DNA of 63,961 bases, the filler included, from Vannella sp. (Eukaryota), in the NCBI GenBank assembly GCA_023345925.1. It is 7 parts of 7 records of this genome, joined end to end, with 100 filler letters (N's around TTAATTAATTAA, not from the genome) between each part and the next. Parts side by side here need not be neighbours in the genome. Positions count along the whole stretch, not along the records: positions 18,787 to 24,765 come from JAJQQN010001040.1; positions 24,866 to 38,454 come from JAJQQN010000270.1; 5 more parts are not named here. One strand, written 5' to 3'. The notes beneath the pieces were generated by a model that worked only from the letters and a program-made list of their open reading frames with translations, was not told where the DNA came from and ran no database searches. A program made the translations under genes and the position numbers. Every line of letters begins with the position of its first letter. Position 1 is the first letter of the stretch. Shown here one piece after another: positions 22,780 through 35,098 of this stretch.

Positions 22780-24765
22780 ATGAGCGACCCTTTGGGACTG
22801 AACGTGGTTCGCAACTTGACGGACAAGCTCTATGATAAGCGCAAGCTTGGAGCACAGGAAGTTGAGACTCTGGTGAAGGATCTGAACGCGGAGGGGGACA
22901 AGGAGAGGATCTTGGCCATCCTGGACTATCTCATCGTCAACTTCTCCACTTCTCCCACGGGGAACCATCGCAAGGGTGCTCTGATTGCTCTCGCAGCTGT
23001 TGCGATAGCCCTTGGCAACGTTGGTACCCTCCTTAGCACGCTCTTCTTCCTTAACAACGCGGAACAGGACTCCTTTCCCCTTCTAAGCAAGCTTGTCCCT
23101 CCTGTTCTCAAGAGCTTTGCAGATCAAGACCCACGGGTACGCTACTATGCATGTGAGGCCATGTACAACATCAGCAAGGTCGCCCGCTCGAAGATTCTCC
23201 CATTCTTCAACGAGATCTTCGATGGGCTCTTCAAGGTGGGCTTGTCCTCTTCTACTGAGGACTACCATTGACGAAGGGGACTTCTAGCTCTCGTCCGATA
23301 CCGACTTGCAGGTGAAGAAGGGCGCTCAACTGCTTGACCGACTGTTGAAGGACATTGCCACCGAAGACAGCCAGTTCTCAGTGGATACCTTCATCCTCCT
23401 ACTTAAGGACCGCCTATACGTAAGCGTTATCAAGGTCCCAGGTGCCCAGCTCCTAACGTGGCTTCATTGAAAGGTCGGAAACCCCTTTGCTCGTCAGTTC
23501 CTTCTGGGATGGATTCAAGCGTTGGATGCGGTTCCTCACATTGACTTGTTGCCTGACTTGCCTGAATTCCTGGATGGCATCTTCACTATGGTTTCTGACA
23601 AGAAGAAAGACATCCAAATGGCTGCTGAGAATACTCTCGCAGAGTTCCTCCGAGAGGTGCAAGCCAATCCTGAGAAAGTGGACTTTGGCAGTCTGGTGAA
23701 AATACTGATTCCTCGGTGCTCTTCTCCAGGTGAGTAAGTGGCTGCTTTCAGAAGAGTTTCTGAGAAAGAGTGTAGATGAATTGACTCGCCTTTTGGCGTT
23801 GTCGTGGATTCATAGCTTTGTTTTGGTTGGAAGGGAAGTTTTAGTACCGTATGCTCACTCTGTTCTTGGTGCTGTACTTCCTTCTGTGTCAAGTGATAGC
23901 ACAGCTATTCGGGAGAAGGCAATTGAGACCAATTCTGCTATTTCTTTGTTGATTGAAAATGTGGGAGACTCTGGTACTGTCAATGTTGACACGATTCTGC
24001 AACAGATAAGCTTGCAGCTTCGCAGTGAGTATGTTAACACTCGGTTGGCTGCTCTTCGCTGGGTTTCTCTGTTGCACGCCAGCTATCCACAGGCACTGGA
24101 AGACTATCTTGATAAGATGTTTTCTATTTTGCTGAAGATGTTGGCAGACACATCTGAAGTGGTGACGCTGTGCTTGGAAGTGATGGCAAAGATCGCAACA
24201 AACGAGGAATACTTTCTGAAGCTCATGACCAGCCTCATCTCCATCTTTAGTGGAGATCCCTCTTTACTCGAGAAGAAAGGAAGCTCAGCATTGCGCCAGC
24301 TGAGTCTCTACATTCCACCGCAAAAGGTGCGTTGGCTTCATCGTCTCCCTTCGGCAAGTCTCTGACTCCCCACAGCTTTATTTAGCCATTGCCACTCTTT
24401 TAAGAAAGCCAGATTATGACCCAGATTTCTGCTCGTTGATGATTCAAACCCTCAATCTCATTCTTCTCACTTCCGTCGAGTTTGTGGAGATGCGGAGAAA
24501 CCTGAAGGACTTGTCAAATGCTGAGCACAAGTCGTTGTTTGTAGAGCTTTACAAAACTTGGTGCTACAATCCTGCTGCCACCTTCTCTCTCTGCTTAATA
24601 GCCGAGGTCTACCATCATGCTTATGACTTGGTCTGCGCATTTGCATCTCTTGAGATTACAGTCAACTTCCTGATTGAAATGGATAAGCTTGTTCAATTGG
24701 TTGAATCTCCTATTTTCACAGGTCAGAACCCTCTTCCTCGCTCGGATTAGATACTCAAGAGTCAC
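22780..24765 (+). CDS. VAC14: VAC14 (PIKfyve complex scaffold), 3' truncated
   Basis: LTDKLYDKRKLGA, DPRVRYYACEAMYNISKV and LIEMDKLVQLVESPIFT. Confidence 0.96.
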
Positions 24766-24865
24766 NNNNNNNNNNNNNNNNNNNNNNNNNNNNNNNNNNN
24801 NNNNNNNNNTTAATTAATTAANNNNNNNNNNNNNNNNNNNNNNNNNNNNNNNNNNNNNNNNNNNN

Positions 24866-26743
24866 TGTCAACGTCTCCCCTATCAACGTCTCCCCTATCA
24901 ACGTCTCCCCCGTATCTTCCATCGGAAACATCTCCCCATTGTCTTCCATCGGAAACATCTCCCCAGTGGCCAGCCTCTCTGCGATCACCTCCAAGATCCC
25001 CAACATCTTGTCCTCCCTCATCTAAGCACATAAACAAGGTTCTCTTTATCAAACCCCTTGCAGCAACGGAGCCAACACTCCGCCTGAACAGAATCTTTTG
25101 CCCGAATAACAAAGTTCCGCTGTTTCACTTGATCAAACACCTCAAAGGTGGAAGAGTCTTGTCCTTTCACAGCACCATCGCCAAGATGAATGTACCCCTG
25201 AGCCCGAATGCTCGTGTCTTTGAGAAAGTAGAACATCACTCTCCCAGAGGCGGGGATCACGAAGAAGCGACGCCGGAATCCGTCACCGACAGCAGCTCCC
25301 TTCTTCTCCATCCATCCTGATTGAATGCAGTTCACCTTCAGCTCAGAGACGGACACCCTCAACGAGAGATTGGCCTAGTAAGTGTAAGAACCCGTCCGCA
25401 TGAGTCCAGTGGCAGTACCTCAAGCGGTTGAGAGTCCTCCTTGGGAGAAAGATTGCGCGTGGAGGGGCTTGTGAGCATTGGCAAAGACTCTACTTCCATA
25501 GCTTCTACCCAAAGCTTCGCTGGAAGGACCTTTGACTTGAAGTAGACATGTTCCTGACTCTTTGTCCTGCAAGAAAGGGAATAAGCCTTCGAGCGAGCAA
25601 CTCCCTCCACTCACCTTGAGACAAGATGGAAGGCCCTCTCTCCCAAAAGGTAGTCCGACAGGCTTTCATCCGCAAGGGCCAGGCGTTTCAACACTTCCGC
25701 AGAGACTAGTTGTGCATCGTACTCTATCAAGTTGTAGACTGCTATGGGGAGAGCTTTGAAGTCCTTTGGCAAGAGTTAGTCGCTACTGCTTGCCATTCAA
25801 ATGGCGAGAGGGGACAATCACCTTCTTTTCGTAGCAGAAGAGAGCCCGTTGGCTCACACACCCGAACCAAAGCTCCCAGCGCCCTTGCTCGCCAGGTTGC
25901 TTCACATAAAGGAGTCCCTTGAAGGCATCGCTACGCACACTTCCCAGTGGTACTTGTCTGGTTGCTCCAGTGGAGAGGCGAGGAGGAGCTCGAAGCGAAT
26001 CTGTGGCATACTCCAAGTCAGCCTGCCTTTTTACGAGCTCCTACAGCCCCTGTTAGACCACCAAGTAGTGTTTGATAAGAAAGGCGAACCTTCATGCACC
26101 TCTCGTTGAGGAGAAAGCGCAGAATCAAGCGGATCGTAGGTTGGGCGAAGAGAATGAGGACCAGCACTGATCTTCCAGTGAGTCTTACGAAAGGAACATA
26201 ACACATGGGTATGGTTCGTACCAACTGATAAGAGAGCTGCGCAGAGAGCAGTGTCTGTGTGGATAACTCCTTGAAGGAGTGGAATGCTCAGTGGGATGAC
26301 AACCAAGCAGAGGAGGTGGCAAGTCTGGAGTGCTCTCTCGACAAAGTTACTCCAGAAGAGAAGCATGCCAACCGTGCGCTTCTGTTGAAGAGGCTGTGAA
26401 CGGAAGACAAAGTCTGCCACCTGGCGGTTTCGTTCGCTCGTGTTTTGTGGCGTTGGGGGTTCGTCCAAGGATCCAGTTGAAAGGAGGAACATCAAACATA
26501 CAAGGAAGGGACTCCAGATGACGGTTAACTTGGCAATCGAGGGAGCGAACAAGCAAAAGGCTAACAAGGCCATCTACTTTGCAGTCAGAACGGTTGAGCG
26601 GACGTCTCTGACGTACCACAACAAGAGAAGAAAGAGCCTTCCATCTGAAGAGTAAGGTGAGTGGCCAGCGAATAGCTCCCCAGAAAGGGAGAGCCGAATG
26701 CTGCAAAAGCAAGAAGTGGCGCTCGGCTTCCCGCTTGCCCATC
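24866..26743 (-). CDS. Multi-exon protein with hydrophobic N-terminal segments and PH domain(s), 3' truncated
   Basis: Clear PH domain at 25018-25362 (SGWMEKKG..FRRRFFVI..YF..AQGYIHL..W) and a second PH-like segment near 25800-25930. The exon structure is only partly resolved. Confidence 0.6.
24867..24965. repeat. Coding minisatellite of 15-nt and 27-nt units (GETLI x3, GEMFPMED x2 on the minus strand)
   Basis: TCAACGTCTCCCCTA and TCTTCCATCGGAAACATCTCCCC units in tandem at the contig edge. Confidence 0.85.
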
Positions 26744-27133
26744 AAATGGTGCAGGAACTGACACGAGAAAAGCTGATTTAGTTTCCTTCTACGGAGCAAA
26801 GGAACTTAACCAATATCGGGAAGTCTCTTTCTTCCGGAGTCCAATTGATGGTTCAGGGAACTTATCGATTAGTACAAAACACTTCTCCTAATTTGGATGT
26901 GAAAATTTCGGCCAACTGTTTGAAAAACATTTCCTAATGTCTCCTCGTTCCCCAAGAGCAAAGCTTCCTCGAGGTGCCGTCATAGACCGTCACCCAAACA
27001 ACTCTGAAGTGGTATGCTTACGAGTGTGCCGCACCAAGTCCACACTTCCCCCTCCCAACCAATCAAAGTTAAAAAGCCGTCTGTGGGAGCAGCTCAAGCA
27101 ACTAAGATAAACGTTCACACTCACTCAACAAGT

Positions 27134-29831
27134 TTACCGTCGTCTCTTCCACATCCAAAAGGCAGAGCCACCGAGAAGCAAGCAGAGCAAAAGGGAGAGC
27201 ATTTGCCTTGGTCTCCTTCCAAGAAGTAATTGGTGAAGGGAAAGAGAAGACTTTGCAGGGGGTTGAAACTCGCCTCTTCTCTCCTTATCAGAAAGGGTCG
27301 TCTCGGGTCTTCTTGTAAACTTTAAACCTTGGCTCCCAGAGAGCTCCGGCCGCTCCATTTTGACTTTTTCGTGCTGGATTGGTCTTTTTGTGTCTTCAAA
27401 GTCTTCAGGCCCTTCCTCCTCTTCTTCCTCTTCTTCTTCGTCTTCTTCTTCTTCTGCTTGCCCACCTGAAGGGTTTGAAGCAGCTCTTTGGGCGAGAATG
27501 GCGGCAATCTCTGAGTAATTCTTTGTGTATACCAGGTTCTTGCTCTTGAGGAGCAAGGAAAGTATGAGTAAAGAGGAGAGGTGAGAGATCACTCACTTCA
27601 TCATCGAGAATGACTTGCGCGTTCGATCGTAAAAGTTCCACAACAATTTGTGTGTGGCCTTGAATGCATGCCACAGAAGCAGGAGTGTTCTATGCGCACA
27701 GATGAGAAAGGAAATCCTCTCTTGGGACTGAAAGCCACTCACACCAAAGTGGTCAGAGAGTGTGGGGTCGACTCTGGTGTCGCTCAGTAACTCTTGAACA
27801 ACACTCAGCCGTCCATTGAAAGAGGCTATAAATAGGGGAGTTTGCTATTCCTTGTTAGACACATCCCGACTCAACCACTAGAGGATTACCCCGTAGTTAT
27901 TCTATGGTATTCTGTCAGTAAGTGACCTGAAACCACCATTCTTCAACGTACAGGGCGGTTTGGATCTATTTGCGGAGTTTGAAGGTAAAGTTGAACAATC
28001 TCTGATCTTCCCTCTGCTGAGGCAAGGTATAAAGGTGTGTCCTAAGAAAATGAGATCCAAGAGACTTTCTGGATTCGCTAAACGCACTCCCGCGTGATTC
28101 TTCCCCTTCTGTTAGACTTTTCTCCCCAGACAGGTTACAAAACTTACTCCTAGCTGTGCGCCAAACCGCTCATCGCTTAATAACTCGCGAACAATGTCGG
28201 TGAAGCCAGCTTTGGAGGGAAAATGGAGAGGAGTGTGCTGCTGTTGCGTGAGCCAGGCACTCCAGCGATTGATTTTTGATTGGAAAACCTACTCCTTTGT
28301 CATCAGCCTCCACCATACTACACCTTCCATCTCGCAATAGAGTTCGGACAACATCAATTGAACCTGACGCACACGCCGCTGAAAAGACACCCATCTTTGG
28401 CTGCTTAGTATCCCTGCTTCCTCTCCGACTCAGGAAATTACCCCTCGATAGTTCTACGCCTTCCATTAGATCCAAAGCCAATGGGAGAAGAGAAACTCAC
28501 TCTCCCTCGGAAGAGATCCACTCGTGGGTCTCCCAGGAGCTCCTGAACGACTGCTGTGTGCTTCTTATAGCACGCTACCCAAAGAGGAGTTTGCTAAAAT
28601 ATGTCTTAGTGGGTAGAAGGATGCCCAAGGAGAGCCCTACCCCTGCTTTTGTCTTCGGGCAGTGTCAGAGTGAGTTTCTCTCCATTCCCTTTCACCTACA
28701 GTTTGGTTGGGGTTTGTTCTTTCATCAGAAAGCAATTGGCGCAGCACTTGCAAGTTGCCTTTCTTGCAAACCTCATAAACTGGATTGCACTGGCCAATGC
28801 AATGCACAATTTGTTAGAAAGCGCCCTTTCTGTGAGATTGGCTGGCCTACTGGGAAGCAAGGATCCACCCTAGAGTCCTTAAGGAGCACTTCGACTACCT
28901 CAAAATGTCCATTATCACAGGCTGCAAAGAGCGGAGAGATCTACGTCAAGTTGACCTTGTCAGAGAGAATGACGGAATCCCATGACAATGGGATTGGCTC
29001 ACTCCCTCTTCATTCTGCAACAGAGGAGAGATCAGTCCATCTCCTTTGAAGGCACTAGGGGGAGCTTACGCATTCAGCAGGGTCGATTCTACCGTCTTGA
29101 AGGAGCACTTTGACCATTTTGGTTTGCCCTTCGCTGGAGGCGATGAAGAGAGGAGAGTTCTTCAAGGAGGAGGTGGTTAGTAAAGCGATGCCCTTCCTTG
29201 TAAGATGGCTGGTTACCCCAAAGATGTCCTAAAGGGAGGGAAGGTCACTGTAAGTCGTCCCTTCCAGTCTCTTGGGCACCCAACACGTACAGGAACAGTG
29301 GGATCTACTCTTTCGTCTCGGAGAAGAGCACGGACGATCCCCAAGTGGCCGTTCTCTGCTGCTGTCAGAAGAGGAGTGCTCTGCCATGTAGGTGAGTCGC
29401 TAGACCCATTTCTGCCTTGTGACTGACCCCATTCTCTAGCTATGATGTGTTGTCAGCTTCTGAACCCTATGAACCTTCTCAGACCCACCTCAGCCTTCAT
29501 AACATCCACGCGGCGATCTTGCATCATCTCCATGACGACATCAAAGTGTCCTAGCGAGCAAGCAATGTAAAAGGGAGTCTCCTAAGTCCTCTGTGAATAC
29601 CCTTGCATCAACCTAGAGCCATCCAGTGCCCCCAGACACCTTACTCCACATCCACTCTACCCAACTGAGTAAGTTCTCGATCCCCACAGGCCCTCCAGCC
29701 ACCACACAGCGGTGATAGCTCGTTGGACCTACCCGAAGATTCGCAAAGACACTCTCGTTCGCCAAGAGGCCCCGAACACGCTCCAAATCCCCCATCTCGC
29801 AAGCCTGCTGCAGGAGCAGTGCATCGCTCAT
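27134..29831 (-). CDS. Ankyrin-repeat protein (12 repeats, 21 exons including eight 12-nt microexons) with acidic tract and C-terminal tail anchor
   Basis: Exons ETPFYIAC, STPLLTAA, NSPLFIAS, ISPLFAAC, CNPVYEVC, QTPLWVAC, MGVFSAAC, HTPLHFPS, DTPLYLAS, QTPLFIAS and NTPASVAC, each bounded by AG and GT. Ends MLSLLLCLLLGGSAFWMWKRRR. Confidence 0.88.
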
Positions 29832-29881
29832 GGCCCCCAAACAAGTGAAACGAAGGGAAAGAAGGGTGCTTTGGTGATTGG

Positions 29882-31552
29882 CTAAACGACGACCTCGTCC
29901 TCGTCCTCTTCCTCCGTCGGCTCTTGTTGGTCGAGGACGTCGCCAAAGACGACTAAGGGGGTGGACATGACGGTCATCTCAGGGTGCAAGTCGCGGGCTT
30001 GTTGCTTGGCTTTGTAGAGGCGACGAAGGTGGCCTTCGGGGGTGGTGATGTTTGTGATCTCGACAGGGACGACGCCGCTGATGGATCCCTGCAGCAGCAC
30101 GAAGATGACAGCGACGATAACAAAGGCTATTGTCAAGGGAGGGAGACCATACACCTCAAAGATGGTCGCAACCGCTCCATGAGTGACTGTGGTCAAGGCG
30201 GCCGCCACGATTGTGAGAAGGACGACTCGAATGCTCAATCTGAGGTGTGTGAGTGGAATAGCGATTGGAATGGGAGTAGTCTTACACGTAGAAGATACCA
30301 CCAATCGCACAACCGATGAGAGCAGCGTCGTAGCTCCAAAGACCTGCTTCAATCTCTTGTGGGGGAGCTCCCATGAGGCAAGCTACGAGGACTCCAGTGC
30401 CACTACCCAATGCAGTGGAGAAGGCACTGATAGGAGAGGCCAAGGCAATAGAGCTTAGGATGAGGATGCCCCTGTAGAGGGTGAGAAGGACGCTCATCAG
30501 GTAACGAACTCGGCTTACTCGATCCACCCTTCGATGATGAAGATCTGGCTGATACCGTTGATCCAGCCGTTGATACCAAAGTGGAAGGAGATGTTCCACT
30601 CTCCTCCAGCCTGGGGAATGGCAAACTGGGGGTGTCCAAGGTTGTCAGCAAAGACAAAGTACTCGAACCGGTATGCAGCGAGGAGGAAGGTCATCGTTGC
30701 TACATTGAAAGCCAATGTGAAAGGAGGGAGTTTGAAGGTGGGGATCATCAAGTTGCCTAGACCAATGTTCAGGAGCTTCCCGGAGAGGTTAGAGGTGAAG
30801 GGTGGCCTAAGGAGGTTACCTACAGTGCTGAAGGTGCCGTTCAAGACTACAGCACCAATCGTGCTCCAGTACCAAGAGCCCTCCATCAGCATTCCCAATG
30901 CCAAGCCACACAAGAAGCCATTGTAGCCAAACACACCAGCCATGATGGTGGGCGTGTTAGTTCCTGAACGTTGTCAGCCCTCCTGATGGTGTCGGCATGA
31001 TCTGGCATACCGAATAGGATGGCAGTTAAGGTAGATGTACACAGGCCCACAAGAGAGCAGACACCTTCCCATGGATGATAGATGAAGACGGCCACGATGA
31101 CAATGACACCGGAAATGGGGTTGTTTTGGAAGAGGATCTGACGGAGAGTGAGAAGATGAACAGATAATGATAGTGAGACGTACTTGGCCCACTCCTCGCA
31201 AGCAGGAGTCAAAGTACATGAGAGGGAAGGAGAGGTAAGGGTGGCGACGGTAAGTTTGGCGCATCAAACGGCCCCACCAAGGCATAGTGCCATAAAGAGA
31301 GAAGAGAATCTGGCAAAGAAGCACAAAGTACCCACGAAGAGTAGTGGGCATCCCTCCAAAGTCCCGCAAGGTGGCCTTCTCGTTGGTTTCCACACGCTTG
31401 GGCAACAAAGTCACGTTCTCGTTGGGCACCTTCTTGAACTTTCCAGGAACACGCTGCTCCCAGTTATCATACGAGGCGATTCCCTTCGGCTGCATCTTGG
31501 CCAGGTTGCTGGTCGGCATGGTCGACTCCATGTCCCCGAACAGGCTCGCCAT
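29882..31552 (-). CDS. Urea transporter (UT/SLC14 family), multi-exon
   Basis: LRGVGQ-ILFQNNPISG, GVFGYNG, LPPFTLAF, GISQIF, GLWSYDA and LPPLTIAF. Confidence 0.93.
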
Positions 31553-31717
31553 GATGAACTGCTGGCTCTTCCCGCCTTCGCCATTGGGCCATTCAAAACA
31601 CAACTTAACCACACTCAAAAGCCCACCTCCATAACCCAAATTTACTATTTAAATATTGTGATAAAGCGAATTGTATTAAGAAGGGCAGGGAATCCGGATT
31701 CATGAAATCTGTTTTGA

Positions 31718-31747
31718 CCAATCAGGATATCCTACTTTTTGATTGGC
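31718..31747. promoter_or_regulatory. Inverted pair of CCAAT boxes in a divergent promoter
   Basis: CCAATCA..GGATATCC..TGATTGG lies between the divergent urea transporter and TBC genes. Confidence 0.4.
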
Positions 31748-31847
31748 TGGTGATCTTGAACCGTTTAGGAGCTCTGGTCAAATCAAAAGGGAAATAATAG
31801 AAAAGGAGTGAAAGGAGAAGAAAAGTTGTTGTTCATTCATTATTGGG

Positions 31848-34800
31848 ATGAGTTTGCTGTCTCTGTCGGCCGGCTCTGTTGGGGGAAGGGGGACTGGAGA
31901 GACATTGGATAGGGAGCAGTTGTTGTATCGATTCTCTTGCTCTCTCAAGGTGGACAAGACGAGCTTTCTGGGCTACGCTTCTCTCTACTTGGATGTTCTC
32001 AGCTTTCAGAGTGATTCCCAAGCGCGCATCATCACTGTAAGGCGCTCTTTGTTGATACAAAGGTTCTTGTACTTACACACAAGAAGCTCTCTGTCCCTCT
32101 TTTGGACATGACCGATCTAGAGACCAAGTCGAGCTCTCTTATCATCCCCAACGTCATTAAGATCGGTACAAAGCTCAAAGACGTGAGTGCCTTTTGCCTC
32201 CAAAGAGCATCTGCTCACATGCATCAGTATATCTTCGTCACAGAGTCCCAGGAGCGCGATAGCATCTTCCAAATGATCCTTCTTCATTGGAAGCGCGCGA
32301 TCATCTCTCGATCTCACGGAACTGGCTTAGTAACGACACTCGATGACATATCCAGTCGTTTGAGTGCGATTAAGGAGGGGCTGGAGGGAAAGGGAGTCCG
32401 ATGGAACACTGATCCTACCATCGATAGACTCTTGACAGAAACTCTCCGCTTGCCTGCCTCTGAGGCTCTCATAGACCACTACGCCTGCTCTCTAGAACGA
32501 GGAAAAGGGCGACTGAACGTCCCAGCTGGCCGTTTGTACATCACCCAGAACTTTCTTGCCTTCCATGAGAACCACCGCTTCGTTAGCAAGTCCAGTCAGG
32601 TCACTATCGAGATAGCGAACATCATGTCTGTACACAAGAGAGCTTCCGCTTCTCTGGAGCTTCCCAATGCCATCCAGCTCTTCACACATTCCGGGTCTTT
32701 CCTCTTTTCGTCCTTCTTCAACCGCAACGAGGTTTACGACCTCATCAAGGACTGCTGTGACGCTGTCAGGCGCCGAAAGGGACTGCTGTTTGAGGACGAA
32801 GATAACTCGGAAGAGGACTACCCTGAAGGGTCGTCAGATAGCTTCAGCAACTTCTCAGAAGGAAGTGACATGCAAGTGGAGACTGTTGCGTCCTTTTTGG
32901 AGATGCAGGGGCTTCAGGACGAGTCTCCTGCTGATGTGATATTGGATATGTACGGGTTTGAGATAAGCCCTGAGCTTGCCTCGGCGTATGAAGAGGAAAA
33001 AGGCGCATTTGCCCGAGGGATCATCAAACAAAGGCGGGCTTGGCAGTACTTTCAGGCAGCGCATGATTTGGACACTCATATTCAACACCACACTCCTCAA
33101 TTGATGAAGATGATACGAAAAGGGATCCCTTTTGACCTGCGAGGGCAGCTTTGGTATCGATTCTCGGGAGCTAAGGAGAAGATGGAGTCCTCCTCCATGG
33201 GTTACAGTGATTTACTGAATAAGGAGTCTTGCCACTCTTCCGATATTGGCAAAGATCTCTCGAGAACCTTCCCTTATCACCCTGTGTACCAGAAAGAAGA
33301 GAATTTATTGAAGTTAGAGCGAGTTTTAGTCGCCTTTGCCATCCGGAATCCAACTATTGGCTATTGCCAGAGCATGAACTTCATCTCTGCTTTACTTCTT
33401 CTCTTTATGCCAGAAGAGAACGCCTTTTGGGTGCTGGTCACCATCGTGGAAGACCGTCTTCAAGACTATTTTAGCGAAGTAAGTGCTTTTGAAGTGGAAA
33501 GTGACTTTCCTGATGTTTCTGTAGTCGATGGTGGGCACAATTGTTGACCAAGAAGTCTTTGATGACCAACTGAGGCAGAAGTTCCCTCACATAATGGAGC
33601 ACATGGAGCGTTACGAGCTTCCTCTGGCTGTAGTCACCACCAAATGGTTCATGTGCCTCTTTATTGGTTCCCTTCCCACAGAAACAGTCCTCCGCATTTG
33701 GGATCTCTTCTTCTATCACGGCAGTCCAGTGATAATCACCATTGCTCTCTCACTGGTCAAATTCTACGAATTTGACTTATTGACTATCACAGTAAGTGCC
33801 CCCCCAACAGCTGGAAGGGGTTTCTTACGGGTCTTTAGAACACCGAAAGTTTCATGACCTATTCGACCTCCTTTGGAGCTTCTTGCTTCAACGTTGACTA
33901 CTTATTCAGGGAGGCATTCAATGTTGTTGGTCTCTTGGACAATCGCCATTTGAATGCCATTCGAGCCCGCTTTTGGGAACAAACACGCGATTATCTTGAA
34001 GACGAGAACAGGAAAAGAGACATTTATCTGCTGGAGCGCTCAACACACTGTATGGACGCCCTAACTCTTCAATTTGTTGATTCTGTGACTCATATGGGTT
34101 AGATAATGGGCGAGAGCTGGAAGAATGGTATCAGAATTGGGCGGATGCGAAGCAGCAGTCCCCAAAGATGTCCGATTATACTTCTCGTGACTCGTTGGGT
34201 GTTGATTTCGCCAGCTTTCGGGAAACAATTCACTCGCTGGCCCCGGAGTGGTCCCAAGATAGTGTTCGAGACCTTCTGCAGAAGCTCTTTACCTATCTTG
34301 ATAAGAATAGCGACCAGGTAATAATGATTCCTTCCTTCCTTCGGTTGAGGCGCCAATCTCACAAAAGATACTTAGCTTCTTGACTTTAAAGAGATGGTCA
34401 GTGGAGTCAGTATCACAAGCAAAGGCACTTTATCGGAGCAAATCACTCGTAGGTAGCTTCATTAGAGGTGAACGGGCGACTAACAGCATCCCAAGTCATC
34501 TTCAAAATGTATTCGGAACGAAAAATGTCGATTTCTCCGGAGGTGATGAAAGAAGCTCTGTCTGCAGTGTGCCGGATTTACTGTCCGCAAGATGATTATG
34601 CACAAGGTGAGTGAATGACTTTCATGAGAGATGGAGGGGAGGACCATCTCACACAAGGAGGAAGAGATTGAACAGATTTGTGCATCGCGGGGAGACTTGA
34701 CGAATTCAGAAGGATTTGAGGAGGCAGTGAGATGCCTGCCTCCCTTTCAAAAGAAGGAGACTACTGCCGAGTGGACACCTTTAGCTGTGAAGCATTTGGA

Positions 34801-34945
34801 CAAAAGGGGGAGGGAATCCGTTGGCACTGGCATTGGCATTGGCACTTCCAGGGACGGAAACCGGATTACTTCCTACGAGTCCAAGCCAACCTCTCTCTCC
34901 AGTCCCCAGTATCCGCCAATCTCACAGTCTCTCACCTTTGGCTGA
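31848..34945 (+). CDS. GRAM-GRAM-TBC(-EF-hand) Rab GAP, TBC1D8/9-like
   Basis: GRLYITQNFLAF, RKGIPFDLRGQLW, IGKDLSRTFP, IGYCQSMNFI and LRIWDLFF. Confidence 0.92.
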
Positions 34946-35098
34946 CGAAAGAGTGCCTTGATGACCCTCTATTCCACGGAAGAACAGCGTTCCCAGTCAC
35001 ATTCATGTATACAGAGCTTTACGATGAAGGAAAGAGGTGACGCCAATGACGTGCAAGTGTCAGTCCACAGTCACAGCGGCAAAAGGGATCATTCTTTG

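Noticed and set aside
24867..24965. CRISPR-like array
   Set aside because: These are head-to-tail units with no unique spacers, in frame in a eukaryotic gene, and there are no cas genes.
28276..29049. 257-aa plus-strand ORF as a gene inserted in the ankyrin locus
   Set aside because: It is the antisense shadow of phase-0 ankyrin exons and introns and has no recognisable domain.
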